A DNA stretch of 59,661 bases, the filler included, from Asterionella formosa (taxonomy: Eukaryota): the NCBI GenBank assembly GCA_002256025.1. It is 7 parts of 7 records of this genome, joined end to end, with 100 filler letters (N's around TTAATTAATTAA, not from the genome) between each part and the next. Parts side by side here need not be neighbours in the genome. Positions count along the whole stretch, not along the records: positions 42,700 to 51,133 come from NKIB01012196.1; positions 51,234 to 59,661 come from NKIB01012204.1; 5 more parts are not named here. One strand, written 5' to 3'. Made by a program: the position numbers and the translations under genes. The notes beneath the pieces were generated by a model that had not been told where the DNA came from, searched no databases, and saw only the letters and a list, made by a program, of their open reading frames with translations. Below are positions 47,157 to 59,524 of the stretch, in pieces; positions within the stretch are counted from its first letter, which is position 1, and each line of letters starts with the position of its first letter.

Positions 47157-49957
47157 TCAAAAATGGAATAGGGATGCCCAGGCAGACTGCGGATTGATTT
47201 GAATCACCTTACCTGGAGTGGCTCCTAAATTAGGAACGACAACAGCAGGCGAATGAATGCAATCCACGGGAACAAACAAAAGTCCTTTGTTTCCATGTCG
47301 ATCCAATGTGAGATCAGCCCCTAACAGCAACCTTGAGTAGTTGTGAAAAGGTTCTGAGGCATACTTACAAGAGAGAATAATTGCAAAGACACCAGGGCTT
47401 TGATTTCTCAAGGATGATGGTTATCTTGGATCAATGAAATTGATCAAAGACGGACCCAATCCCAATTCAATAAAACCGTATATCTGGCCAAGCACAATTG
47501 TCTCAACTTCTGTTTCTCCATCTGACCAAGCAAACTCTGCCCAATCATACCAGGAATGACCACCACAGTAGCTTGGATGGGCATGAAATATTACATTGTC
47601 ACTACAAGTGTGGTTGCACATCACTTCAATTTCCATTGACAAAATGAAAGGAAGGAGTTGGGCGCCTAGAACTCGCACCAGATCTCGGTCAACCCCAGTT
47701 TTGCAGATGCTACTTGATGATGATGAAACCCTGGCAATCTCAAATTCACCATTTCCATCTTCTTCAATCAGAAGAGAATATCGAGTACCTCTTGTTTTGG
47801 ATTTCACAATTCCAACGTCAACTGGGACAGCTTCCAACTTGTATTGTAAATCTCCAATATCTTCGCCAAGAAACTGACTACAAGCGGCGGTTCCAAGCGG
47901 CGGTTCCAAGCGGCGGTTCCGATCACCATGTTCTCCACCATTCTCGCCCCACTTTGAATATCCATCACATCTTTGCGTTTCTGGGAAGTCCTGGCTGGTA
48001 ATTTACACAAGAATTTAAGATTCTTTTCCATTGGGCCTCCATTAAAAACCTGTGGACTTCCGAAACGATGACTGTTTCTTACAGTATGCATCTGTTGATG
48101 AAACTTTGCAAGCTTCCATCCCTGAGAGGTTGTTGTTCTCGGGCATTCTTTTACCAGGTTAGTAAAATAGTTGACAACGCTTTGGTGTTCCTGTGGTAAA
48201 TTTCCCACATCATATCTCTCTTCACTAAACCAGGCATTGTAGTAGAGCATCCCTTCGAATAGACCTTGAAAGTTTCGAATTTCTTGATTGGTCATACCAC
48301 TTTCTTCTTGGCAGATTTTGATTCCAGCATCACATGCCATGACAACACAGGCAATAAGCATCACTCCGATTCTTTTGTTAGCAGTTATTTTCGTTTTGCA
48401 ACCATGAAAGCTGAAATTGAAGGAACAACGAGGAAGGTCTCGGTCACCCTGGTGAAGGAAGAGTTTAGATATTTTGTTGAACAACTGGTCAAACAGTTTT
48501 CGATTGGAATTGCCCTTCACTGTTTTGGGGCGTCCGATCATATAAGAATATAGCTCCATGAGGTGATCCATTATTCCTTCTTGAATGGAATGGAGTTTTT
48601 CAGGAGGAATGTACCCATTAACACCAAGAGGATCACCACCAAAACACAACTGATACCAAAAGGGATAGATGAATCTTTGGCTCACATTATCCAATAAATC
48701 TTTTATGCCCCGGATAAACAGTTCCTTGTAATCAATCTGACCTACAGGACTGCATTCATGAGATGGATTGTCTGTTTGATCAAACGGACAATCACATTCA
48801 CGACACATTATGGCAGTCTTTAGAAATGTTTTCTTTCGTCCGCATTGTCCATCTAAACCTTCAGCATCACTGAGAATTTGACCAACCGGAACTTTCACAA
48901 AGTGTAAATTGATTGCCTCCGAAATTGAAAATTTGTTTCAATCCACCAGCTTGTTGGACATTCTTGACCCCCTCAAGAATCACACCAAGGGCAGCAATCG
49001 GATTTCTTTTGATCAGGGGTTAGGGACTGGATTTCAGATAGACTTGATGAGGTCAGCTTTGGGATCAATCCGATTGGCTGCCATGCATTGACCTTATTTC
49101 TCACATTGGTAGTAAATATACCAAGTGACATTAGGACAGGCTCCATTGTGTACTTTCCTTTTTCAACCGTGTGTGTCTTGTCAATAAAGAACATGAGTGG
49201 AACAAAGAAGTCATTTGGCTGAGAACATAAATATTCATGGGCATCTATCCACTAGGTACCAGTGTGAAATTCGGATCTGACACTGGTGGGTTGTGGTGCT
49301 TTACACGGATTTGTCAAGAGATTCATTACCTGAGCCATGAAATCAAAACATACAACATCAATCAGTTTTCCATAATGCAATATGGCCTGTTTCACCTGGG
49401 GAAATAAATCATTCATGTTAAATCATTCTTTCAGAACAGTGGTCCTCCTGGGAGGACAAGATTCAAAAACGAATCCAGCTTTCTGAGCTGTTCTGCAGAA
49501 ACTCATGATTTGATCATACATATATAGAGGAGAACGGGTGCCGAGCAAAAGACTAAGCAGTCGAGACTTCATAACATCGCCAACTGAGAATGGTATACCA
49601 GGATGTGGTGCTCAGGACTGGAATAGTATTGGTTTCATTCTGTACCACTATTTCGCTTGTATTTTCTTCATCTTCTTTTTGATCAATATCATATAAATTG
49701 GTATGATCGCCAAAATGTAGTGTTTGAACATGACAAATTTTGGCCCTTTTCTTTAATGACGACGAAAAGTCATCAGCAGGTGATGGTGGAGATTGATGAA
49801 ATCTATCATATTCTTCCTGACCGTCGTCTGGCCCAGTTGCTGGTTTACAAAACAACAACTCAGCAGCTGTTTCGCATTCGGGGCTATGTGCGTAATGACG
49901 GTGAAGGGAAACAAATGGACCCTTACCACATATCAAACAGCAATCGTCGTCGTTCAT
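47157..49957 (-). pseudogene. Plavaka-type (CACTA-related) transposase, lightly decayed
   Basis: N-terminal CLICGK...HYAHSPEC Zn finger; FFIDKTH...MEPV; LSDAEGLDGQCG...CRECDC; PPEKLHSIQEG; KFHQQMH...FGSPQVFNGGPME; FHAHPSY...WYDWA; IHSPAVVVP. Several frameshifts. Confidence 0.78.
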
Positions 49958-50897
49958 GGTGATAAAACACGATTAAATAGCGATTATGTACCGATATTTG
50001 TTTAATAGAAAGAGACAACGGCCGATATAGATATTTGATCCATCAAACCACAAAATAAATTATCTCATTCAATTCGATTTAACACAGCTATACATCCAAT
50101 GCTACTTTCACTAAGGCCAGCCACTTTCTAGAGATATCACTGTTTACTATTTGAAGTATCTCGGAAATACCTCTCATTTTCGACTGACTAGAACGATATT
50201 CGATGAACACTAATATAGTACCGGTATGCGACTCCCTTTTCTATAGAACTACGGGTGCCAGTATATATAAAACATATCTACCAACGTTTCTTTTGATTTG
50301 ATTTGTTAAACGAATTTCATTTGATAAAATAATCATTGTAGACAAATTGTAGCCTTTCCGAAAAGAAATAGCTTTGGTTGCAGCTCTTATTTTCTACTCA
50401 GGCCGACTACAATGACATGATCATCAGATGAACGCGAATACATGCAACAGCTATTTCTGTGTAACAAAATTCGCATATTCGATAAATTTGCTACAGCTAG
50501 ATATTTTCCCTGTTGGAGTCTTCATTGTAGCGGTAGTTTTGCTTATAGACGCTCCGAAAAGGTGGAAAAAATAGTTGGGTTAACTCAGACATCCTATGTA
50601 GTGCAATCTAGCGGCATAACTGGTACTAACCTTTTGCAAATCACAACGTTGAAAATCGTGACAATTCACCATGTTCGTCAGATTTTCGTGAGGTCTGCAT
50701 TGCTCGCCAAAAAGTATACTGACCAAGCATAGACTGCGCGCCAGCTTTTTGTTATGTAGAATGTACACATGGCTAGTACAAAGCAAAGGTATAGGAGGAG
50801 GACCGTCCATGCCAGGTTTCTTTTCACAGAAAACAGCTACTGGCTAGAACGTGGTGAAGGAACAAATTATAACTTTCGTGGTAAAATGCATTATGCA

Positions 50898-50986
50898 TTG
50901 TGGTTATTGTTATTGTTATTGTTGTCATTGTTGTTGTCGTTGTCGTTGTCGTTGTCATTGTCGCTATCGCTGTTGTTTCTGCTGTT
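50898..50986. repeat. Degenerate (TTG/TTA/TCG)n microsatellite
   Basis: Low-complexity trinucleotide run, read directly. Confidence 0.85.
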
Positions 50987-51233
50987 ATCCTTTTGGATTT
51001 AATTGTTGGAAACAAGGAGCTGGCTGGTTGTGCATCGTGGTTACTGTGCCTGTATGTCTACCCTTCTCTAGCTTGTTCCTTGCTCACCGTTTGAACTGAA
51101 TATTAATTGTTTGTTAAGAAATGGAAAAAGGTCNNNNNNNNNNNNNNNNNNNNNNNNNNNNNNNNNNNNNNNNNNNNTTAATTAATTAANNNNNNNNNNN
51201 NNNNNNNNNNNNNNNNNNNNNNNNNNNNNNNNN

Positions 51234-51440
51234 ATATTGGACCGAAATCTTCAGCATCAACATCCATTTCTACTTTCTCAATTGAAGTAGATGATGAACC
51301 TTTGTTTACCTGTTCCCTCAATCATCCAATTTTGGCAGACAATATTCAATATCCTATGGAATATTACTCAATACATGATAGACAATTGCTGGATATACAA
51401 TTGATTCTCAATCAAACAACTCATCTCATTCTCAATCAAC
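51234..51440 (+). pseudogene. Possible Gypsy pol fragment (RNase H-integrase linker)
   Basis: Hand translation DDEPLFTCSLNHPILADNIQYPMEY resembles this region of stramenopile Gypsy elements. No catalytic motif is present. Confidence 0.3.
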
Positions 51441-52233
51441 AAACCAAACACATCTGTTAAATTTTCCCTCTATCAATTTTCATCATATACATTTCATGTA
51501 TTTTGTAAAGAATCCAGGAGATACTTGACGTATTGTTATTCCTACATCACTATCGAATCCTATGGTACAGTTACTTTTCAACAAACTATGCATACAACGG
51601 AACGAATTAATATCTATTACATCAAACCTTTTCAAAGGTAAAAGGTTTTCCCTTGGTGTGGGAGAGTGAGCGATCTTGCGCATCAATACAGATGTATATA
51701 GGGTTAGTGTTATATCATATATGTATCAGAACTCAATAATGAGAGAACTCGACTAACCCTCATTGTATACTTTGGTGTCGACTTGGAGAACGAGTTACAC
51801 ACAAGGATTAACAAATAAGCTCATATATTCAACAAATGCTACTACTTCTAGTTAGATACTTCACCTGGTACACATCTCGATGCCGGTATGAAGGTTAGCG
51901 CTGATGCGTGTGTGGTTGCCTGTATCGAATATTAGCTACCGGTACTCCGGTAAACAACCACGACAAAGTATGCTGATACCAGGGTACCAGTACCGGAACC
52001 ACTCCTGCCATGGATTAAAGGAGTAACAAACTCCTCCATGTTGCAGCCAGCCTACCGGATATGCATTTTCCGTTTCACCAGATGCTCACACGAGAATGCA
52101 CCTAGATACCGGTATACAACGCAGTGGTCATTTTGTAATCTGCCAAGATTTCAACAAATAATGAATTCTACGAACTTAAAAATCAACCTCAACGCAATCA
52201 TTATCGCGAAGAATGACGTCATTTTCGTTGCTA

Positions 52234-53034
52234 CTATCTGCTAACATTGGCTTCTTCTTCAATCGTTTTGGAGGGCACTGGATATTCTGCGTGGTTCCCT
52301 CCATAGTCCGTAGTCAAGACACTCTGGTCAATATCTTCCAAAAGCTGCACTTTGCTCACAAACTTGACTTTGCTCGCCGTCTTTGCATCCAGTAGTGGTT
52401 TAATGAGTGCCCAGGTAGATTGAAACCCATACGGGGCATTCACCAACAAGACTCTCTCCAACCGTTCTGGGTACTGCGATTGCGCCACATAAATTAACTT
52501 TCCAATCATATAGCGACGACTGCGTTCAGTCACCATAGTCAAGTAGAATCCCTGCAAATCAAACAGCACTGTAAATTTGTCTGGTTGACCCTCCTTCATA
52601 CAGGCAATCATCAGTTCAATCATGTACACCACGTACTTGGAGTATTCATTGACAGTCTCTTCTAGTGAACCAGGCCATTCATGTGGATGCCAATGTTTCA
52701 ACTGGTAGTTAGAAATAGGTGAACCATCCTTGGCATATCCCATCATCCGCCACGCTCCCGAGGGGAGAGCATTGGGTATATCCGTGGGTAGCACCACGGG
52801 CGTCTTGGTTCGAAATCGGACTTGTTCCAGCAACAAGTCGACCGATGGTTCAGCATTGTACTTTCTAGCGACCAAGATGCGATCGAGCTGCTTCTCGTCC
52901 GCTAGCATTTCTTTGCAAACGAGAGCAGAGCCCATGGCATCCTCCTTCCAGCAGTCGTTTGATGCTATGTGCTCTTGGACAAGAGCAACGAGCTGGGCTC
53001 TGTCAATGGTGGTTGGCGGAATAGTATCGAACAT
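52234..53034 (-). CDS. CRAL-TRIO/Sec14 lipid-binding protein
   Basis: RILVARKYN, GYAKDGSPI, VLFDLQGF, QSQYPERLERVLLVNAPYGF..W.LIKPLLD.KT..KV, TDYGG. Confidence 0.92.
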   Translation of the reverse strand: MFDTIPPTTIDRAQLVALVQEHIASNDCWKEDAMGSALVCKEMLADEKQLDRILVARKYNAEPSVDLLLEQVRFRTKTPVVLPTDIPNALPSGAWRMMGYAKDGSPISNYQLKHWHPHEWPGSLEETVNEYSKYVVYMIELMIACMKEGQPDKFTVLFDLQGFYLTMVTERSRRYMIGKLIYVAQSQYPERLERVLLVNAPYGFQSTWALIKPLLDAKTASKVKFVSKVQLLEDIDQSVLTTDYGGNHAEYPVPSKTIEEEANVSR

Positions 53035-54625
53035 TCGTTTCTTTACTGGGAGTGAATTAATATATTTGAGTCTAAAGAGTCTGAACGACTATCGACCGAC
53101 AGTGATGTAAGGGTATCAGTATGTCACAAATCTTGAAGAGATGATGTAGATATAATTATAACACTGCCTATCAGGAAATAATTGTCGTTTGTCATGTGCA
53201 GTATAAATCGTTTATTTAAAATTATTTGGCACGCACATGCATACGAAATCACCAGCCAGTGCGCTCACAGCATTGTTCACCTTTCTTATGTAGTACCCTG
53301 GTACCAGCAAGTTATTGTGATTTTGCTTGAATAGACAATTTAATCTATGATAAAGAAAGTTAAATCTTTAGTTCAGCAAAATTGCCGCAAATGAGCCTGA
53401 GCAATCTGCATTACTTGTGCTGAAATTAGAAGTTTAGCTATCTTTATCCGAATTGAATTGTTTATTTAATTAAGCAAAATGACCGCAATTGTCAGATAAC
53501 CAAGTTCCTGGTAACGGGTACTCCTACCACCTAAAAACTGAGAGTCAAATAAAGTTTACCCCATGTTTCGACTCAGACTAACGGTATTTTAGTCAAATTT
53601 CATGGTGACAACAAATTAAGTACGTAGCTAAATGTTGAACAGGCTCTCCGCTTTCAATAGGTCTGTTTAATTAGTAATGAAGCTTCATAAATTCAAGAGA
53701 TATGAAGTTTTTAAAGTTGATGATTATGGTCGTTTTGTATGACTATCAATACATATTTTTTACAATGTACCTGAAGACAATTATATTCAAATTCTGTTTT
53801 CGATTACCCTATTGTTCACTATAAAGCATTTTCCTGCCACAATATTATTTGTCCATTGCATCATCTACCCATTTAGTATTAATTGTTTTCATTTTTTTAA
53901 CCTTAAATATTAATGCGTTTGCCTATTAACTCAAGTTTTATTTCAGTTTTTGTGTCAATAATCTCACTTTTGTTCGTTTTGATGATGGTTTGTCATAGAT
54001 TTATATAGGGATTATTTACGTTTGTCACAAATTACACTAATAAGTGTTCTGCTTACATCAGGCTACTGGTTTGGTATTACTAGCTACTATGACAGATGTC
54101 AGCCAAGCGAGAATATTTTGATTGATTGCTTGCTTGTTTGCTTCTCCACCTTCGCCTCCACCTCGCTCTGCTTCCGCTTCCGCCTCCTTGCGTCGTCGCT
54201 TCCTTCGTATTCCTCCTCTCAGCCACCCTTCATATTCTTCCTTGCCCCCCAGCACCGCCAGCACTATCCGAAGCAAGCAAGGCAGTGCGGCTGGAATGTC
54301 AATTTCCCCCTCCTTGTGTGTCAGCACAATTGTCAACTGCAGGCCAAGGGGGGAGAATAGGGGGGATGGGACTCGCAGCAAGAACCACAGCAGTTGTGAT
54401 CTCTTCTGCTGGCACCTGCTGGTCTCCTCGGTGTGAGGTCTCTCCCAGGCAGGTAAGTAGGGCTTGTCTTGTTTGTGGTGTCGGGAAATCTCCATTGCGT
54501 CGAAAACATCGCACAAGGATCATAATTTCAGGAACTGACAGCATATGCTCAGGCTTATTGGCTGCGCGTGGAGCCATAAATTTGTTCCGTTGCTTCATAA
54601 ATTCATGCTGCCTTTGTTTTGACGC

Positions 54626-55206
54626 TCAGTAACTAGTTCCTCTGCCTTTCTCTTTCTCACCATTGCAGATGCAAGCACCATATTTGGTCCAAGAGCATGA
54701 ACGCCAGCAGATGCCAATAGGCTGGCAGAGATTCTTTTCTTCGACTGGCTTGGGCAGTTTCCTTGCATTGATGGGCTTGGGCATCAAGGTCGATTCCATT
54801 TCGAGCATCTTCACGATTCCTGTATTCAACAACACGGTCAACTAGAGTGCCAGAATATCCATCTGACAGATTTAATTCTTGGGGAGAAGTAGCATTTCCA
54901 GTGTTGTTGTTTTGGGTGCCATTTTTCAATGTTGTCTTTGTAAGTTGGATTTCAGAGTGATTGAGAACATTATAGTTGAGTGGGCCCCATCCTCGGTTGG
55001 CAATTGCAGTCCTGTTGGACGAGGTAACTTGACCAAATGATTCACCCCATACAGTGCTCACTATTCTGACCATGTCAACTTTATTGAGTGAGAATTCCTG
55101 ACGATGGCTGGTCCGCTTTCTTGGTGAGTACTAGTTCCCGCTTCGCTTTTGTAATGGCCATCTTGTAGCAACTGTTTTGTTCAGTGGAGTCACCGACTTG
55201 CCAGTG
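54626..55206 (-). pseudogene. pogo/DDE_1-like transposase C-terminal remnant
   Basis: Hand translation gives HWQVGDSTEQNSCYKMAITKAKRELV, followed by AIANRGWGPLNYNVLNH in ORF 54657..55073. Confidence 0.55.
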
Positions 55207-55540
55207 CCTCAAGTTCTCTGGACTAGGTACTTTTTGGAAGCTCAGGGATATGCAGTCTCTGCCTCAGTGATATACCAGGATAACCAGAGTGCAATCCTAT
55301 TAGAGAAGAATGGAAAAGCATCCAGCAGCAAGATTTCTTGACACATCAATATTCGATATTTTTTTGTGATGGATAGGATTGCCTCTCGTGAGGTCTCTGT
55401 GCAATACTGCCCTACTGAAAACATGATTGCAGATTTTTTACCAAGCCCCTTCAGGGTGCAGTTTTCAAGAAATTTAGGGACCAGATTATTAATGTTGATC
55501 CTAAAACCTCAAGCTTGCAGGATCACAAGAGTGTGTTAGA
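55207..55540 (+). pseudogene. Copia RNase H C-terminus from a different family, ending at a PPT/LTR start
   Basis: Hand translation PQVLWTRYFLEAQGY...IYQDNQSAILLEKNG...HINIRYFF...CPTENMIADF/TKPLQG..FKKFRDQI, then CACAAGAGTG-TGTTAG. Confidence 0.85.
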
Positions 55541-55559
55541 CGTCTCATTGACAATGGAC

Positions 55560-58022
55560 GATGGCCACCTTCCCAAACTGTTCCCAAGAAGCAGGCAGAT
55601 TCCCTACCAGATGCATTCCAGGCTACAGTTTTTCCTACTGCTTTTCAAGCCCTTGCTGATGACCTTAAAGCCCTCCGCAAAGATTTTGAGACCAAGTCTA
55701 GTGGGGCTGGCCGAGACCTCACTAACAAAACTTCTTGCTACAAGTGTGGCAAAATTTGTCATCTTCGTCCTAACTGTCCTGACAAGACAACCACTTACCC
55801 TGAGAACTCTTGGAAAAATGTTCCTCCTACTGATGGAAAGTTCTCTATGACCAAAGATGGTCGCCAGTGGCATTGGTGCAACAAATGCCGTGGCGAGGAA
55901 GGATGTTGCTCTACTACTCATGGTACTGAGGCTCACAAAGGGAGTCCCAAAACTGTTACCTTTACTGCAGCTGCCAACCTGGCTGGAGTTGCCGAGGAGT
56001 CTCCAGCCGAAGATGGTGTTTTGATGTACAATCCTGCTGGTTTCGTTGCTTCTTGCTTGCTATGACCATGAGTTCGATTGGTCTTCAATTGAACCTCCTG
56101 ACTTAACTCATCATCATCTTTCCCTTGAGAAAGATGAATTTTTTCAGTTTGGCTTTGGTATCCATTCCAATAGTGTTGTCAATCCAATGTCTCCATCTGA
56201 CTTGGACTTACACTTTCACCACTCCTCTCTTGTTGCCTCCTCATCTGATTTGGTTCTTCCTCTGCCTCCTACTTCCCACTGTTTGTGCTCCTACTCTGAA
56301 TCAATGACACATTATGACTGCCCAAGTGTCTTTCTCATCAATGAAGGACCTTCCTTGGCATTCCTGGATTCCAATGACATCTGGGACACTGGTGCCACTC
56401 GTCCTGTCAGTGGGTACACTGGTGACTTTATTGGCCCAATGATTATTCCCTCTACTCCTTTGTTACTTGGCGGCATCGCCTCTGGTTTGGTTGTTGAAGG
56501 AATTGGAACTGTCAAATGGTCTTTCTATTCTGATAATGGCACCCTCCTTACTCTTCATTTAAAGGCCTTTTATGTCCCTACCTGCAAACAACGCTTGCTT
56601 TCTCCCCAGAAAATCTTTTGTCCTACTGAAAATGTCCGTGGTACTTTTGTGATCTCTTCAGCACATGCCCAGCTCTTACTTGATGACTCCCCCACTCTCA
56701 GTGTTCCCTATGACCCAATGAATGGGCTACCAACCAGCCAAGCTATCCTTCTACATCATGGCGCGTCTTCCGCTCAAGTTAACTTGTGTGTCACAGAGGA
56801 GGTAAACCAAAATCTCACAAAGGCTCAAAAGGAATATCTTCGTTGGCATTTTCGTCTTGGACATATTAATTCTAATATTATTCAATGGCTTCTTCGTCAA
56901 CCTTCTTTTGGCAACAGTCATAAGGTCCGTGCTGCTGCCCGTTGCACTCCACCCAAATGTGCAGCTTGTGAATATGGCAAGGCACATTGTCGTCCTCTTG
57001 CATCTACCCTCTCTACACCTTTACCTGAGAGGGAGGGAGCTACAAAATTTGATGATTTATTCCCAGGTTCAGGTGTCTCAGTGGATCATTTTGAATCAAA
57101 GGTGCCGGGTCATCTATACACCTCACGAGGTAAATCACAACTTGCCTCAACTTATTAAGGCGGCCGGTTGTATTTTTGTTGACCATGCATCGGGACTACT
57201 TTATGTCCGTCATCAAATCAGCTTTACTTCAGAAGAGACCATTCATTCGAAAATGCATTTCGAAAATTGGGCATACAATCAAGGTGTCCTAGTTCAAAAA
57301 TATACTACTGGCTGATAATGGCATTTTTGGCGCTCGCGAATTTACCAGTGAAATTTCTGCCAAAGGTCAAATTGTGAAATATTGTGGGGTTGGAGCTCAT
57401 CATCAAAATGGTACTGCTGAACGTAGCATTCGTACAGTCTCAAACATGGCTAGAGTAATGATGCTCCATGCCTCCCTACGATGGCCAGAAACTGCTGATG
57501 CATGGCTGTTGACTATGCTGTCCATGTATACAACCATATGCCAAACCCAAAATCTGGTCAATCCCCCCTTGATATTTTCACAAGTACCATTGTGCCTCGT
57601 CATGGAATTAAAGATTTTCATGTCTGGGGTTGTCCTTGTTATGTACTGGACCCCACTTTACAGAATGGTCATAAACTCCCTCGTTGGCAACCTAAATCTC
57701 GTCGTGCGATCTTTATGGGAATCTCTCCTTCTCATAGTAGCAATGTCCCCCTAGTACCGAACCTAAAAACAGTTACCATATCACCTCAGTTTCACGTGGT
57801 TTTTGATGACTACTTTACCACTGTTATGTCCATCTCTGATTCTGATGATCCTCCAGGTCACTGGGAAATTTTATTTCATGAATCCCGGTTTCATACTGAA
57901 TTTGATGAACACGAACAAGTTTCCTTACATGATGATTGATTAACTTCCAGTGAACAAAATGACTTTCAACATCACAAACAGATGCAAGCAAAAATCTTAC
58001 ATCGCTCGTATGAAAATACCTA
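55560..58022 (+). mobile_element. Degenerate CoDi-type Copia: gag 3' end, protease, GAG-pre-integrase, integrase
   Basis: Zn knuckle CYKCGKICHLRPNC, WHWCNKC...THGTEAH, protease WDTGAT, WHFRLGH...CAACEYGK, VSVDHF, HHQNGTAER, ISPQFHVVFDD. Truncated before RT at 58023. Confidence 0.93.
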
Positions 58023-58152
58023 CATCTAAGACGCCGTTTACGGCACTTTTTCGAATTTATGTCTAAAGTGACATATTTATGTACTTTTTTAAAATATTAT
58101 GTTACTTTTCTAAAATATTATGTTACTTTTTTGAAATATTATGCTACTTTTT
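58023..58152 (+). mobile_element. Element end beginning CATCTAAGACGCCG with ~21-bp subterminal repeats
   Basis: Shares the CATCTAAG octamer with 33743 and 46211; TACTTTT(T/C)T(A/T)(A/G)AAATATTATG-like units at ~58080-58152; Copia homology stops here. Confidence 0.55.
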
Positions 58153-58170
58153 CCCTAATTTATTCGGGTT

Positions 58171-58780
58171 GGAAAGGATGAGTAGCTGACAATAAGGAAT
58201 TGAATCCGTTATTTCGTTAAGAAACAGCTGTTGCATATTTCAACCTTGCATGTCGCCGTAGTGAGTCAAAATTGAGATGTGCCACAATGGCCTTCTCCGT
58301 TTCGGAGCAGCTACAAATAGTCTACAGCAATAAGTCGAGCAAGTACAATATAGAAAAAGAAGGAAAGGATGCTGAGTAGCTGACAATAAGGAATTGAATC
58401 CGTTATTTCGTTAAGAAACAGCTGTTGCATATTTCAACCTTGCATGTCGCCGTAGTGAGTCAAAATTGAGATGTGCCGCAATGGCCTTCTCCGTTTCGGA
58501 GCAGCTACAAATAGTCTACAGCGATAACGCTAGCAAGTACAATATAGAAAAAGAAGGAAAGGATGAGTAGCTGACAACAATTGAATTCACAAATTCGTTT
58601 TGAAACAGCTGCTGCATATTTTAACATTCAATGCATGTTGCCATATTGCTTTGAAATTGAGATTTGCCGCAATTGCATCCTTCTTTTTGGAGCAGCTACA
58701 AATACTCGAAAGAGCGATAACTCTAGCAAGTACAATATAGAAAAAGAAGGAAAGAATGAGTTGCTGTCAACAATTGAATT
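58171..58780. repeat. ~193-bp tandem repeat, ~3.2 copies
   Basis: The GGAAAG(G/A)ATG..AGT(A/T)GCTG anchor occurs at 58171, 58362, 58556 and 58749. The first two copies are nearly identical and the third is diverged. Confidence 0.9.
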
Positions 58781-58873
58781 AGTAAATCAGTAATATTAGT
58801 AAAAATTTTGGTTCCTAGTAGTTCATTTGCCCTTTGACAATAGTCAATTCGTCGAAATCGAAATTCATTTTCA

Positions 58874-59524
58874 CTAAACTGGAGTGAAGTTCAATTGTCT
58901 TGCAACTTCTTTCATTGACCGTTTGAAATACTCATATTCACTCCTAGTTTCATTTGCCACCTTGATTCTTTCATCTGTCGTCTCCACTGATTCTTCGTCT
59001 AATTTGCTTTTCTTGAACCTGTAAAAGTCCCTGTGCAACTTTGCGTAGATCTTTTTCTTAGCCACTTTGTATTTCCTCTCGCCCTTTGCTGCAACCTCCT
59101 CGAATTTTTTAATGTAGCTCTCGTCATTCATCATCCCTTCTTTAATTTCATCTCCAAAAAGGTCTGGGGGTGCAATGTTCTGATCAATACAAGCCTTATA
59201 AATTTCACTCTTTTTCTTCATCCGAAGCTCCACATACATCTTTTTCTTCATCTCTTGGAAGTACCAATCTGTGGCACCCTTGACTTGGTCTGGGGGAAAG
59301 TGAATAATCACGTTCAAACTCTTTGTACTCTTTGAACTCTTTGCACTCTTAGTACTACCAGTTGTTATCCTTGATGTTCTTCCTGAAATAACTTGTGGAG
59401 TCAATCCACCGATGGAAGATGCCGGAGTTGTGCTTACTGGAAGAGAAATGGCCACTAGATCATTACGAACTCTAATGGCAGGCACACTGTTGTTCCCTGG
59501 CGTAACTTCAATGAAAATTTCCAT
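58874..59524 (-). CDS. Hypothetical Lys/Glu-rich protein, probably transposon-borne (may extend upstream)
   Basis: Uninterrupted 216-aa ORF with a Ser/Thr-rich linker and a charged helical C-terminus; no family recognised. Confidence 0.5.
   Translation of the reverse strand: MEIFIEVTPGNNSVPAIRVRNDLVAISLPVSTTPASSIGGLTPQVISGRTSRITTGSTKSAKSSKSTKSLNVIIHFPPDQVKGATDWYFQEMKKKMYVELRMKKKSEIYKACIDQNIAPPDLFGDEIKEGMMNDESYIKKFEEVAAKGERKYKVAKKKIYAKLHRDFYRFKKSKLDEESVETTDERIKVANETRSEYEYFKRSMKEVARQLNFTPV

Noticed and set aside
56046..56065. Programmed gag-pol frameshift in the Copia element
   Set aside because: The element has several other frameshifts and stops, and no clear slippery heptamer was seen; decay is a sufficient explanation.
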